64,000 bases of DNA from Klebsiella phage Sugarland, in the sequence record NC_042093.1. One strand, given 5' to 3'. The notes beneath the pieces were generated by a model, which saw only the letters and a program-made list of their open reading frames with translations, ran no database searches and had not been told where the DNA came from. Position numbers and translations under genes: made by a program. Positions 36,801-47,700 of the stretch are shown here, one piece after another (the stretch's first letter is position 1; each line of letters begins with the position of its first letter).

Positions 36801-38649
36801 TCTCTCTCATGCGTTGCAATAAGTCTGCATCGCTGGTAATGTTATCATATGAAATACCACTACCTCCAAGACCAAAAACACCTACCTGCATCACGTTATC
36901 ATTTGACGTACCAACATCTTTATAAGCTGCCGAACCTAGCCCCAAAGCCTCTTTTGACGGTTTGTTAAGCTCATCATACACGCGGATAGCCTTGCTTTCC
37001 ACCCAGTCGGCTGGCATGTCGTTTTGGCTAACATATCCGCTAGGAATATAGAGGTCAACCCAACCTGCTTTTGCCAGAATAGCCACCTTCACGTTATTAA
37101 TGAAAGCCCGCTGGAAGGCCCAAATCTCAAAGAAACCATCACCCTTAACAATCCCGTACCGCAATTGGTTATCTTCCGCAAGGCTCGGATCACCAAGGCG
37201 GCGAATCTGCATAAACTGGCGAACGTTTGAAGCGTTAATAACGGTTGTTCCAAGGCTACGCGCTGACGCATCAAGAAAGTCTATTGAGCCTTGACGCGCT
37301 CCATAGTTTCCGCCGTTTGTGATCATTAGTGTAACGTGGGACTCAGACGAACCCGGATCAGACAGTTTTGCGATTTTTATATACTTTTCCCCTGCCGCTG
37401 TACCAACGGGCCAGTTATATTGGGTCAGCGGACTGGCAATAAGAGAGGCTTTATCGGCATACTCCTTAGCATTCGTCTCGCTAGTCTTTGCATTCGTCTC
37501 GCTAGTCTTTGCATTCGTTTCGCTAGTCTTTGCATTCGTTTCGGATGTTGCAGCAGCGTTTTTGCTGTTATTAGCGTTCGTCTCGCTAGTCTTTGCATTC
37601 GTCTCGCTAGTCTTTGCATTCGTTTCGCTAGTCTTTGCTGCCGCCGCACTCGCTGCTGCCGCTACCTTACTACTGTCTGCGCTAGTAGCACTTGTTGCCG
37701 CCGCGTTCTTGCTGGCTGCTGCTTCGTTTTCTGACGTCTTGGCTGCTGTCTCACTTGCCGCTGCCGCGTTCTTACTTGCTAGCGCTGCCGTTTCGCTTGC
37801 TTTCGCTGCATCTTGACTGGTTTTTGCTGCGTTTTTGCTTGCTGCTGCTGCATTCTCACTAGCTTTTGCGTTAGTCTCCGAAGTCTTAGCAGCTACTTCT
37901 GAAGCCTTAGAGTTTGTCTCTGAAGTCTTAGCAGCTACTTCTGATACTTCGGCATTAGTCTCCGAAGTCTTAGCAGCTGTCTCACTAGCTTTTGCATTAG
38001 TCTCTGAAGTATTAGATTTAGTCTCCGAAGTCTTAGCAGCTACTTCTGAAGCCTTAGAGTTTGTCTCTGAAGTCTTGGCAGCCACTTCTGATGCTTTTGC
38101 ATTAGTCTCCGAAGTCTTAGCGGCTGTCTCACTAGCTTTTGCATTAGTCTCTGAAGTCTTAGATTTAGTCTCCGAAGTCTTAGCAGCCACTTCTGATGCT
38201 TTTGCATTAGTCTCCGAAGTCTTAGCAGCCACTTCTGATGCTTTTGCATTAGTCTCCGAAGTCTTAGCAGCTGTCTCACTAGCTTTTGCATTAGTCTCTG
38301 AAGTCTTAGCAGCTACTTCTGATGCTTTTGCATTAGTCTCCGAAGTTTTAGCAGCTTTAGCACTATTAGCAGAAGCAGTAGCAGAAGAGGCAGCTTGAGT
38401 TGCAGATTGTTGAGAAGCTGCCGCAGAGATAGCGGCCCCATTCTCAGAAGCTTTGGCATTAATCTCTGACTGCTTAGCTGCGGCAGCAGAAGCTGCGGAT
38501 GCTTCTACTGCTGAAGTTAACTCTCCTGCTGTAATAGAACTGATAGAATTAGCCAGAACTACTGTATACTTAGGGTACTTACTAGCAGTAGTTATGGTAT
38601 CATCTATGTTTAGAAGCTGCTGTACAATAATTTTAGTTTTGATTGCCAT
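33853..38649 (-). CDS. L-shaped tail fibre protein (pb1-like) with C-terminal intramolecular chaperone domain
   Basis: 1598 aa. Long Ala/Ser/Thr-rich 7-residue repeat shaft, a beta-rich middle, and a C-terminal NTSDARLKNDV autocleavage-type motif followed by a chaperone-like domain. Confidence 0.8.
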   Translation of the reverse strand: MAIKTKIIVQQLLNIDDTITTASKYPKYTVVLANSISSITAGELTSAVEASAASAAAAKQSEINAKASENGAAISAAASQQSATQAASSATASANSAKAAKTSETNAKASEVAAKTSETNAKASETAAKTSETNAKASEVAAKTSETNAKASEVAAKTSETKSKTSETNAKASETAAKTSETNAKASEVAAKTSETNSKASEVAAKTSETKSNTSETNAKASETAAKTSETNAEVSEVAAKTSETNSKASEVAAKTSETNAKASENAAAASKNAAKTSQDAAKASETAALASKNAAAASETAAKTSENEAAASKNAAATSATSADSSKVAAAASAAAAKTSETNAKTSETNAKTSETNANNSKNAAATSETNAKTSETNAKTSETNAKTSETNAKEYADKASLIASPLTQYNWPVGTAAGEKYIKIAKLSDPGSSESHVTLMITNGGNYGARQGSIDFLDASARSLGTTVINASNVRQFMQIRRLGDPSLAEDNQLRYGIVKGDGFFEIWAFQRAFINNVKVAILAKAGWVDLYIPSGYVSQNDMPADWVESKAIRVYDELNKPSKEALGLGSAAYKDVGTSNDNVMQVGVFGLGGSGISYDNITSDADLLQRMREKGGHFWRASQKSGASSSIMSHGSGMSSRCGDTISAINIDYNSGKVVILAANDASLNAGNVKVNTLYGTVNKPSKSDVGLGNVTNDAQVKKVGDTMTGDLDIAKATPAIRLKSASGNAHVWFQNGDGGERGVLWSPPNNESLGEVRIRAKTTGGTTGGDFIVRHDGRIEARDAKISYKISSRTADFSNDDTDTGATSLRVSGKQHTPIMLTRDADSDLSIGFKLNNMSAKLLGIDVDGDLAYGENSNQAQNSKVVTRKMMDAGFSVAGPMTFANGFFGAWEAENIDGQTLDLNSLTINLSTPGTVRIYRCPGYGGGANITNKPSGVGGNFILYVESLRKVSDTDFTNRQRIFSSDLNREFTRYSNGGTWSAWRESVVSGTNQDVSVKTLSASGSLSGSELAISGASSLNGNLGVGGGAASKVPGSDKGIVMGRGAMVREGGEGRLILSASGGTDRQIQLRPAGAAASDNGIEVSCTAASGGDTKIAFGQGAAIRCNSGGEPIISAKAGQRIYLRPNGDGSGSGQVTIDGSGNMVVNGGVNSKGIDVTASQSLPLKETTATTGVGVNFIGDNATECSFGIENTAGGSAVFHNYARGASNSVTKNNQLLGGYGSRPWLGSDYTEHSNAALHFLGAGDTSGTNHGGWIRLLVTPKGKTISDRVPAFRLSDNGDLWLVPDGAMHSDLGLVRSFETLNAVVPKFNAPTNQDGRGLKLVSSDGAPEINMIAPRGSATSSPAVRAMWCDGSLGNSDKYIGATQSWSSFFFGASGHDGEKFDSMRGAVTIQAAGGWGTSSTPTRILFETCTVGSTARTARWSVDHNGNFVPMGDGSYDIGWGSGRVKNIYATNGSINTSDARLKNDVRMMSNPETEAAKAIAKEIGFWTWKEQADMNDIREHCGLTVQRAMEIMESFGLEPFKYGFICHDEWDEQTVVSEYGSLNEDGTENPIYKTIPAGDRYSFRLDELNMFIAKGFEARLSEIEEKLGM
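37440..38400. repeat. array of near-identical 21-bp (7-codon) tandem repeats, with 42/84-bp higher-order units, inside the tail fibre gene
   Basis: Many copies of units like GCATTCGTCTCGCTAGTCTTT and GCATTAGTCTCCGAAGTCTTAGCAGC. Encodes the (AKTSETN/AKASEVA)n region. Confidence 0.85.
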
Positions 38650-39071
38650 TATTGAGTTACTCCATCACTGATATAGACTTTACCTTCCATGATACGGAAG
38701 GAACCGACCTCTGAGCCAGTACCCTCACGAGTCATTAGAATGTCATAGTAACCAGCAAAACGTTGTCTTGGGTTATATTTATCACGTTCTTTGGATGATT
38801 TATTACCGATATTGGTAACATCGGAAATTGAAAGACTGATAGTAGCCGCCCCATGAGTAGCGTCGATTACACTAGTTTTAAAGGTTGCTAAAGTCTCAGC
38901 ATCCTCATCAAGATTTGCCTTGATAGTTCCACGGAGTGAATAGCCTGTTAAATTCACGGGGGACTCAGTTGGAGGATAAACACTATCATCAACATCCATA
39001 AACTGCATGGTAAGACCATACGGTACTTTCTCATCAATAACAATATCAATTACTCTATTTTCTGTACTCAT
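38649..39071 (-). CDS. tail collar protein candidate (T5 p132-like)
   Basis: 140 aa. Sits between the fibre and the pb4-like gene, as in T5. Confidence 0.45.
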   Translation of the reverse strand: MSTENRVIDIVIDEKVPYGLTMQFMDVDDSVYPPTESPVNLTGYSLRGTIKANLDEDAETLATFKTSVIDATHGAATISLSISDVTNIGNKSSKERDKYNPRQRFAGYYDILMTREGTGSEVGSFRIMEGKVYISDGVTQ

Positions 39072-39075
39072 TATT

Positions 39076-41133
39076 TTACCTTATATGGATATACCCAGTA
39101 GCTAGGTCTATCTTCATTCTGTAAGAGGCTTCAGGATTGTTTGATAACGCTGCATTTCTATCATAGATAACGTTAACACCGATCTGAGATAAGAAGGCAT
39201 CATTCGCCACAATCTTACTAGCGGTTACCGTGCCGTTAACTATCATATTGCCGTGTAAAACCATCGCAGGGTCAGCCCAACTGGAGCCATTCCATTGACG
39301 AGTAAATGCAGATTGTGGAGCACTACTATTAAACTCAGTCAACACGTCATATTTAACCGGAGGACTACCAAAATTATTCTGAAAGAAGGCATTAGCCTGG
39401 CTGTCATTCCAACCCCCAAGACCAGAAATACCTAAAGAGTACATCCCAGGACCACGTTGTCCATCGTGTCCAATTGTACCTTCAGTACCACTCCACTGAA
39501 CTACATCTGACCAGCTAGTACCTACAAGTAATTTATTAGTTACTGGATCAAGTGTACCTGTAGTCACATAGATATTTTGAGTCATATCCGTACGGTTAGG
39601 TGGGGTCTTCGACCAACTAGGTGGTGGATAATCTTGCTCTAGTGGTTTTGCAGGAAGTGAGGATGCTAATTTATAAACGAATACTGTTTGTTTACCTTGC
39701 ATACCTGTACCAAGATCCACATCGCCATTTGGTGTACCAATTACAACTTTATTAGAAATTCTTAATGTATCACCATCGTAACGTATATACTGTGTAGCGT
39801 TACCGATGTCTAATTTAGGTTTAGCATTGGTATTATCCATACCCATCCAAATACCAGACTTTGCATCTCCCCAAGTTTTACCTTGTGTATATATTGCCGG
39901 GTTATCTTGACCAGTTAGGTTAGTCATGACAAAATTAGCAGCATTAATAGTTTTAGTGATTACACTACCATCAACGTTAACAATCTTTTTAATAGGATCA
40001 AAAGATATTGGCGCTTTTCCTTCCGCGTCTAGAAGACCTATATTAACAGCACCAGTGGCGGCATCTATTAGGAAGGTTTGTTTCCAGGTTGTGCCCTCTT
40101 TGATCTTACCCTTAATGTATGCATAGTTAACTTCTATACCCGTTTCGTTAACAAAATTATTATCAAGTGGGGTATCTTCATTTAGTATAAATGTCTGTGC
40201 TGTGGAATCAGTAGTATCCTGTATATTTGGTCCCCAAGCAATAGATGACACCTTAAATTTATGTTCTACCTTCCAGGGGAATGATATAATTGTTGCCGAC
40301 TGAGCAGCCCCCACGTTGATTTTTTGTGCCTTAGTCCATCCAGTTTTAGCAAATTCTGTTGAATCTATATAGGATAGAACGAATTCACGAACGTTAGCGC
40401 CTGTGCCTCTATTCCAATCCCATTGTACACGTAAATCATAGCGTTCTTTACCATCGGCTATACGCGCAGCTTTAAATACAATATTAACTGGAGCTGTAGG
40501 TGATACAAAGTTATATTTAACTTCAAAAACAGTAGGGTACTCATAGTAGCCAGATGAATCAATAGTTACCCCATCTGGTAGAGATACTTGTCCAGAAATT
40601 CTTACTTTATAGGACCCAACTGGCACACCACCAAACATAATAGTTGGCATTAATGCCCCAACATAATATTTAACCCACGGATTATTAGCATTAGAATTAT
40701 TTTTTAATTCTATAGTACAATAATCAGCTTCTCCCGTAGTATTTAGATAAACTATTGGTGCCCCAACACCTACGTCTACCGGCTCTGATTCACATCTAGC
40801 ACTCGTGATTCTAGGTGCTGACTTCATTTTAAAAGTTTGTTTGTCAGACAGATTAATACCTATCTGAGCATTAAGTAGTTCAGAGTCTATTATAGAATCA
40901 TAAAATGCACCCTGAACCTCATACGTTGCTGTAGGTTTTAGATTATTAATAGTTACAGAGAAGGTATCAACTCCAGTAAAATCTCTACGAGTAATATTGC
41001 TACCTTCTTTAAGCCAAAAAGATCTGCCTATAACATCGTAATCAGAGTAGATAGAGTGCTGGATATACGCCAATGTATATCCAGTTACGACGCTATTTAG
41101 GACCATTTTAGCTGGTGCATTATTTGAAATCAT
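39076..41133 (-). CDS. baseplate/central fibre protein (pb4-like)
   Basis: 685 aa (T5 pb4 ~688 aa). Beta-rich repeats consistent with FN3/Ig modules. Confidence 0.55.
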   Translation of the reverse strand: MISNNAPAKMVLNSVVTGYTLAYIQHSIYSDYDVIGRSFWLKEGSNITRRDFTGVDTFSVTINNLKPTATYEVQGAFYDSIIDSELLNAQIGINLSDKQTFKMKSAPRITSARCESEPVDVGVGAPIVYLNTTGEADYCTIELKNNSNANNPWVKYYVGALMPTIMFGGVPVGSYKVRISGQVSLPDGVTIDSSGYYEYPTVFEVKYNFVSPTAPVNIVFKAARIADGKERYDLRVQWDWNRGTGANVREFVLSYIDSTEFAKTGWTKAQKINVGAAQSATIISFPWKVEHKFKVSSIAWGPNIQDTTDSTAQTFILNEDTPLDNNFVNETGIEVNYAYIKGKIKEGTTWKQTFLIDAATGAVNIGLLDAEGKAPISFDPIKKIVNVDGSVITKTINAANFVMTNLTGQDNPAIYTQGKTWGDAKSGIWMGMDNTNAKPKLDIGNATQYIRYDGDTLRISNKVVIGTPNGDVDLGTGMQGKQTVFVYKLASSLPAKPLEQDYPPPSWSKTPPNRTDMTQNIYVTTGTLDPVTNKLLVGTSWSDVVQWSGTEGTIGHDGQRGPGMYSLGISGLGGWNDSQANAFFQNNFGSPPVKYDVLTEFNSSAPQSAFTRQWNGSSWADPAMVLHGNMIVNGTVTASKIVANDAFLSQIGVNVIYDRNAALSNNPEASYRMKIDLATGYIHIR

Positions 41134-43980
41134 TTAGATATATGCCCATGCAACCGACTTCTCGCCCCTTGGTCCCTCTGCCTGAATTCTTGGCTGAAGT
41201 GCTCTATAAATCCCCAAAGTATTCGAGTTGTTGGCCTTATAGTCGAGCTTATTGTAACTCAACAGATAACTGTAATTATATAAACTGGTGATCTTCACGG
41301 ATCTAAGCAGTTTATTAGTGCTGTCTCTTATTTCAAGCGTGTAGAAAATCCCTGAAATCAGATCCTCTTCTTGCAGCTTATCCCATCCTAGCTCTAGGTC
41401 AGGTCCAACCCATTCCGTAGGATCAGGAGATAGGTTAAGCACCCGGAAGTTTTCCACCACACTAAGGTTCTTAGCTGAATTCAAATCTACAGAAATTGTT
41501 ACTGGAGAGCTACGACGACCATTAATATCAACAGCGCGGATTTCGAAAATAGTCAGTCCAGCGGGCTCACCCACGATATCTTGGAACATCCTAGCATTAG
41601 GAGTGAAAGCAGTCTGCTGCACAATATAAGGATCCACACGGTCTGATTTACGTATCGAGTAATAAACTACGTTAGGCGTTAAGCTAGGTAGCCATGAAAG
41701 CTCTCCGTTTTTACCAACATCACCCACCCTTCCACCAGGCGTAGGAGTGTACTTAAAGTCTCTAGGAGGCAGGACATTATTGGATATTTCAGGTACGCTT
41801 TCACTACTGTTATCCACCTGCGTTGAGTTAATAAATACATCCTCACCATACTCCTGAAGAGTTACGTTTATCTTACCATCTCTTGTGTTCTCCACCTCAT
41901 CTACTAGGAAGAACTTCTTATTCCAGCCATAACGATCGTAGGTGAATACTACAGGATCGTTAGGTTCTATACCAAGGAATTTGTAAGGTAAAGAGAAGCT
42001 CAGAGAACGCGAGTAGCGAGACTTTTTAAGTTCCCTATCTGCCAGACTTCTGGCAGTGTAGTAGTTGGTTATGTTAGCAAAAGAAAGTTGAAGTTTCTTG
42101 TCAACCCCACGATCTTCATTCTTAAACTTAGAATTATAGAACGTTATAGAGTTGGTTTTCCAGTTCAGGGTAGGATCAATCAGAGACGCCTGAACTGAGT
42201 TGTACTTATTACGACCTGTAGTATCTGAGAGCTCCAGGTCCCCATAAGTATCTAGGAAATTAAGTTCTAGCGGAGTTTTTGAATCTTTCTCTACGGTAAT
42301 GCGGAAAATACCTGATAGGTTGTTTAACGCCCCCTGGAAGGATTCTAATAGCTCCTGCACGTTCTTGAACACAGAGTTGGAGTTATCCAGGATTGTGTTC
42401 ATTTGCATTATTTGTCTGTTTTCAGCTGTCCAACTCTCCCACCCAACGTATCTCCAGAACGGCTGCCAACTAGTTTGATAAGAGGTGTCTACAATGTTTA
42501 ATAGATCGGCCTCTTTTCTCCAGTCACCAATCACCATTCTATCTATAGGAATACTTGCACCAAAAGTAGTGGAGGTTAGGTAGTCAAATGTTTGCCATAC
42601 GCCATTCTGACTGGTTTTATCCATTTTAACAGAACCGTCTGCCTGGTACACTTTTACCTTACGGCCGCTTAATTCTGCGGACACTTCAGGAATATCGGTC
42701 CTGTTCTCGGTAATAGTAAACCGTATAACAGCGTAAGCAGTATCTAATAGCTTGTATCTAGAATCCCAGTACTCCGGTCCATTACCGTTCTCTCCCTGTA
42801 GGAAGAAATTGTTAGCAGCAGCAATGTCTCTTAGTACCGTAGCTACCGTCTGGTCTGGCTTACCGTGGAATGTCCAGATTCGTATATCCCCGTTACCGTC
42901 ATTGTACTTGTATTCTTGACCATGCTCTGAGAGAGATGTTGATGGAAGTCCTGTGGAGATTCTTGCCATAGTATCTCCCGATACTCTTTTTTGTCCAAAG
43001 CATGTACGAGAGGTACTGTCAGTTTGATCAGTACAGATCATAGGAGCGTCTCCAAACTGGAAGTCGAGGAATCCTTCAATCTCACCCTCACAGAACGCGT
43101 AGACCACATACACAACGTTTGGATTGTTTCTTTCTGTATCCGCGAAAACCGGGATACCAGGAACTTTTTGAGTACCGTATACTACAGGAATAAATTTAGC
43201 TGCAAGGTTGAAATCCAGGTCTACTTCTTTAGTGACAGTCTCATAATACTTTTTAAGGCTGTAGCTCTTGGAGAGACCAAATAATTTCTTCTTAGATTCT
43301 AGCTTGTATCGTTCTTCTTTTACTTGATATTTAGCTAGGAAGTTAACGCTCTTGTTGGCATGGAAGAATCCGTAGTCCTCTTGATATTCCGGTCGTTTGG
43401 CACCGTGAGAGGGTAGTAGTTCCCCATTTACAATCTCAAGCCCTCGGTGGGAGGCGTCGTCTGTGAAGCGTCCAGCAACTCGTTCAAAATCGTAGAATTC
43501 GTTAGAACAGTTCCAAGTTATAACAGAAGTACCAACTCCGGATACTGTATTACTTTCTTTAATACCACCGCCCACAATCTTACCCCTAAAGAAGAGTAAC
43601 GGGCCGTTAGTATCTGGGTCCACTGGAAGGATTTCCCCATTGTCGTCGATGATCGCCTGATATATAGAAATAGAGCGATCTAAAAATGATACACCACTTT
43701 GCACGAGCTTAATGACTTCATTGGCATCCGTACCAGTAACACTGAAGCTCAAACTACCGACGGTTAACGTGCGGTTTTGTTTGTGACTGCTAATTGTTTT
43801 AATTTTCCCTGATTGGAAGAGTATACCACCGTAGCTGATATCTCTCATGTAGTCCGTCATATAAGCGTAAACAGCATTATTACCCGTGGACCCCGGGAGT
43901 TCGATAGAGACAAGATACGCTAATCGTATCTTGTCATTGTTGGCAAGGTAGGCTTTCGCAGAAGGAAGGATCTGTCTCAT
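41134..43980 (-). CDS. baseplate hub protein (pb3-like)
   Basis: 948 aa (T5 pb3 ~949 aa). Upstream of pb4 and downstream of the distal tail protein. Confidence 0.6.
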   Translation of the reverse strand: MRQILPSAKAYLANNDKIRLAYLVSIELPGSTGNNAVYAYMTDYMRDISYGGILFQSGKIKTISSHKQNRTLTVGSLSFSVTGTDANEVIKLVQSGVSFLDRSISIYQAIIDDNGEILPVDPDTNGPLLFFRGKIVGGGIKESNTVSGVGTSVITWNCSNEFYDFERVAGRFTDDASHRGLEIVNGELLPSHGAKRPEYQEDYGFFHANKSVNFLAKYQVKEERYKLESKKKLFGLSKSYSLKKYYETVTKEVDLDFNLAAKFIPVVYGTQKVPGIPVFADTERNNPNVVYVVYAFCEGEIEGFLDFQFGDAPMICTDQTDSTSRTCFGQKRVSGDTMARISTGLPSTSLSEHGQEYKYNDGNGDIRIWTFHGKPDQTVATVLRDIAAANNFFLQGENGNGPEYWDSRYKLLDTAYAVIRFTITENRTDIPEVSAELSGRKVKVYQADGSVKMDKTSQNGVWQTFDYLTSTTFGASIPIDRMVIGDWRKEADLLNIVDTSYQTSWQPFWRYVGWESWTAENRQIMQMNTILDNSNSVFKNVQELLESFQGALNNLSGIFRITVEKDSKTPLELNFLDTYGDLELSDTTGRNKYNSVQASLIDPTLNWKTNSITFYNSKFKNEDRGVDKKLQLSFANITNYYTARSLADRELKKSRYSRSLSFSLPYKFLGIEPNDPVVFTYDRYGWNKKFFLVDEVENTRDGKINVTLQEYGEDVFINSTQVDNSSESVPEISNNVLPPRDFKYTPTPGGRVGDVGKNGELSWLPSLTPNVVYYSIRKSDRVDPYIVQQTAFTPNARMFQDIVGEPAGLTIFEIRAVDINGRRSSPVTISVDLNSAKNLSVVENFRVLNLSPDPTEWVGPDLELGWDKLQEEDLISGIFYTLEIRDSTNKLLRSVKITSLYNYSYLLSYNKLDYKANNSNTLGIYRALQPRIQAEGPRGEKSVAWAYI

Positions 43981-44591
43981 AGACTTTCTCTCAGAACTAG
44001 GTTAACCCCATCATACACACCATCAACTGTGATCTCTTCGCTGAATGAATCTCCGTTCATTAATTTAGTTTGGAAAAGGATCCCATTGAAACGTGGTCTC
44101 TCGGAGCCGTTGGTAGTGAGCAACAGATCAGGGTATAGATTAAGTGTCCATACTCCTGCTACGTTTTTAAAAGATGTAATTTTATACACCTTTGGATGTG
44201 TGGTTAACTGGAATAAATCACCAGGCTTAGGCTCCCCAGATAGGGAGCTTGTATTGGTAATAACCAGTGTGGAGCCCTTTTGTCCGGCGGCAATGCGACA
44301 GTTGTTCGCATCCCCCTTTACTCGGTAAGACTCGTAATGTGGGAGTATAACGTCGAGATAGCCTCTGGTACGCTTATACTCTAGAATTGCTGACGAAAGT
44401 ACAGCATACTCATCGGGAAACATCACAGGATAACTAATGTTAAGACCCCAATACTGAGTGGCTGTTTTAACTTCGTTAACCTTGCCGTTTGGTAGCTCAT
44501 CTCTGATCATCGGATCGTTATCGATCAGCGTAGCTCTGTCAAACCCAAGGCCGTTATACTGAGGATGTGTAAAGGGATCTGGTAATCTCAT
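43977..44591 (-). CDS. distal tail protein (pb9-like)
   Basis: 204 aa (T5 pb9 204 aa). Directly follows the tape measure. Confidence 0.55.
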   Translation of the reverse strand: MRLPDPFTHPQYNGLGFDRATLIDNDPMIRDELPNGKVNEVKTATQYWGLNISYPVMFPDEYAVLSSAILEYKRTRGYLDVILPHYESYRVKGDANNCRIAAGQKGSTLVITNTSSLSGEPKPGDLFQLTTHPKVYKITSFKNVAGVWTLNLYPDLLLTTNGSERPRFNGILFQTKLMNGDSFSEEITVDGVYDGVNLVLRESL

Positions 44592-44628
44592 GTTTTGTTT
44601 TCTCCTCTCAATGTTAATATTATAGTCA

Positions 44629-44657
44629 TATCAAGAAAAATTTTCAAGATAATTTTA
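44629..44657 (-). promoter_or_regulatory. minus-strand promoter for distal tail/baseplate genes
   Basis: On the minus strand: TTGAAA, 17-nt spacer, TATAAT, then GAGAGGAG RBS. Confidence 0.45.
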
Positions 44658-44663
44658 TAAATT

Positions 44664-44696
44664 CCAAAAAGAAGGGAGGACAATTACGTCCTCCCT
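44664..44696 (-). terminator. rho-independent terminator after tape measure gene
   Basis: GGGAGGAC-AATTA-GTCCTCCC with U-run on the minus strand. Confidence 0.7.
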
Positions 44697-44705
44697 TTAG
44701 TTTAG

Positions 44706-47700
44706 TTAATTCAGGTTCTTTAAGCTCAGCCCTTGTTCATTCAAGGCTAACTCTACAGCTGCCTGGAATGCCGCAGGATTTTCCAATGCGTACTCCATAA
44801 AGCTCTTAGCGTCCATTGCCTGGATGTTCAGATTAACCGGTCTTCTAGCACCACCAGAAGAAGTTTCAGAAGCCACTTTATCCGCTGGAGTTACCTTGGT
44901 GGGCACCATAGGAGTTGCAACTTCCGTTCCGTGTTCACCCATCTTATATGAGACACCTGGGTAGGTATTACCACCTTCTGCACGAGGGATAAATCCGTTA
45001 GCACTACCTATGCCTTTATCACCACGAACGTAAGATAGTTCGCCTGCGTTTGCGCCCATGCTAACATCTACGTTTTTCTGGCGCTCACCTAAGGTTAGGT
45101 AAGAGGCGGTTTCACCACCAGATCCTGCTATATCGGTCATTCCGGTAGCACTAGATGCCTGAGCTAGAGATAAAGCACCTGCAAGCCCAGCCGCGATCAT
45201 CAGAGGAATAGAGAACGGATACGGAACAGCTGTTGCTGCCTGCATTACCGCTACTGCTGTCTGGATAATGATTTGCTTCTTAGCAGATTCCTGCTGAAGT
45301 TTAATCTTCTCCGCTTCCATCTTTTTGATCTTGTTCTTAGACTGCTCAGATTTACCGTCACGTTTCTGCTCTGCCGCGATGGCTGCATCAATTGCCGAAA
45401 TCTGCTGGTTAGTACCGTAGCTGATCATCTGACTAACTGTCTGCATACCTGCTGCAATCATGGACGTAGTGTCCAGAGACCCTTGAGAGAACTGGATCAT
45501 AGCGTTAGCTAAGTTCCCCATACTTTGAGCTGTAGCAGTGGCCTCTGAGTTTAGCTGAGAGAGCTTACTGATAGCTGTATCGTATGACGCCATCTGGTTT
45601 TCCATATCGGCGAATTTCTTATCTTCCCCTTCCAGACCAGTAGTAGGCGTATAGTCTGCGCCCAACGACTGTCCTACACGATCCATCATCTGTGCGTTAC
45701 GTTGCGCTTTGAGAGCTGCCATTTGAGCAACAGTGTTTGCAATCTCCTTGCTCCAACGTGCCTGCTCATCAGCGTTACCTTTAGTGAATTCCTTCATTTC
45801 CTGGTAGAACGCTAACTGCTCCTGCATTTTCTGCGATTCGCCCATTAGAGGCTTCATGCTTTGATTGCGCTCGAATTCCTCTTTGCGCATTTCAGCAGTT
45901 TTAGCATTACGATCAAGCTGCTCTTTCCAGATTTCTCTTTCGATTGCAGCGATGTTACGTCTGGATTGCTCGGCTTCCTTCTCTTTGTCAGCCTGAGTCT
46001 TCAGTAGGGCTAACCTATCTTTCTCTACTTCCAGATTTAGTTTAAGGTTCGCCACATTATACTGAGAATCTGTCATAGTGCGATTATTTAAGAGTGCGAT
46101 TTCTCGATCTATGCCTACTATCTTATCCTTATAGAATTTCTCCTTCTTAGTCGCTTCCATGCCCTGGTTCTTCACTTTGAGCTCTTCCGTCTCTAACAGG
46201 GTCAACTCTTTTTGAATCGCCTGGTTGTCCTTGTTGGTCGCCAGTACAGCTTTCAATGCCTCTTTTTTCGCGCTAAGTTGCTGCATTTCTAGGGCTCTAC
46301 CCGCTTCTTCCGCCTTATCCTTATTACGGGTGGCAGCGTAGACCTCCGCTATACGCTTCTCAACATCTAGCTTAGACTTAGCCTCATCATTTACTATCTT
46401 CTGATAGTTAGACATGGCTTTATACGCAGTGTTCATCTCGGTTACGGTGGAGTAGCCCAAATTAAGGTCCTTGGTCATTTGATTGGCTTTTTCCGTAGAT
46501 CCACCCGCCAATGACTCAACCGCCTTAAGTGCATCACCCAGTGCTGCAGTAGCTCTAGATGCAGTATTAGAATCTTGTGCAAAGTTCTGGATATCGTTGC
46601 TCAGATCTCCGGAAGTTTTCTTTATATTATTGAACTCCTTCCGTAGAGCAACTGCCCCGTCTAACGCTGCGTTGTCAAAGGTGTATAGTCCATTACTTGC
46701 TTCAACGTTCTGTGCAATATTGAGTTTCCCCGCCAGTTCTGGGTTCTCTTTCTGAGCCTTAGATAGAGCGGAGTCCCTGGCGTCTTTCCATTTTTGAATA
46801 GCTCCTGCAGAATCTGCTAACTCCTGCTGTAACATATACGCCTGTCTACGCATATCTGCAGTCTGTTGTGTAAATTCTTTGTTAGCTTTAGAGGCTCCTA
46901 AGGTAAACAGGTTACCGAATCCACTATAGTTGGCAGCTGTGGCTAGTGTGGTGGACATATCCATCTTCGCCTCTCTATCCATTATCTCCTTATTAAGAGC
47001 TGCGAGCTTATTTTTTACCTCTTCTTTTGCTTTGACTGCATCATCCAAGCCTTTCTGAGAAGCCTCAAGGTTCATGACCACTGCGTTAGAGTCTTTACCA
47101 TCCATTTGCTTAATCGACTCTTGCTGGGCAGTAGCTGCCTCTGCAGATACCGAAGCCTTAGACGTATAGAACGCTGCGTTTATAGATGCAATAACTGGAC
47201 CCAGATATTTAGCAGCCGCTTGTTGAACCTTGCGTAATGCAGAATCCGCATTAGCTGCAAATTGCTCCCATGGGGTTGCTCGTAGTACCTCATCAAGGTA
47301 GCCGAAGCGTTTGGTAGACTCTGCTACTACCGCATTAGCGTATGCCTGCTGCTTCTGGAAGGAAGTTAGACCCTGAATGTTATACGTTATCCCCGTATTG
47401 GCCGCGTTAAGTTTCTTAACGTATTCGGCATACGCATCATTTAACCTGATGGTTACACCTAATTCGTCTAGAAGTTCGATTTCCTGCTTAGATACACCCT
47501 TGATTACACGGTTTAGTGCATCGGTCATATCAACGCCCAGAGTAGCTGCTGCCCTACGTGCAACTAGTGCAAACTCGCTAATCTGTTTAGCATCGAAGCC
47601 ATACGCGGCCGCAGTAGATGCCTGACGCATTGCCTCTTCAAAGGACACCGCGTGGCCAGTAGCTTCCTGCAGTGCCACAGCAAGGGACTGAATAGGTGTG

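Noticed and set aside
37319-38398. Plus-strand ORFs of 165 and 187 aa, rich in LAFVS repeats
   Set aside because: Artefacts of the 21-bp tandem repeat array read on the non-coding strand of the tail fibre gene.
37440-38400. Possible CRISPR array
   Set aside because: The 21-bp periodicity has no unique spacers and is in-frame coding sequence inside a 1598-aa ORF. No cas genes present.
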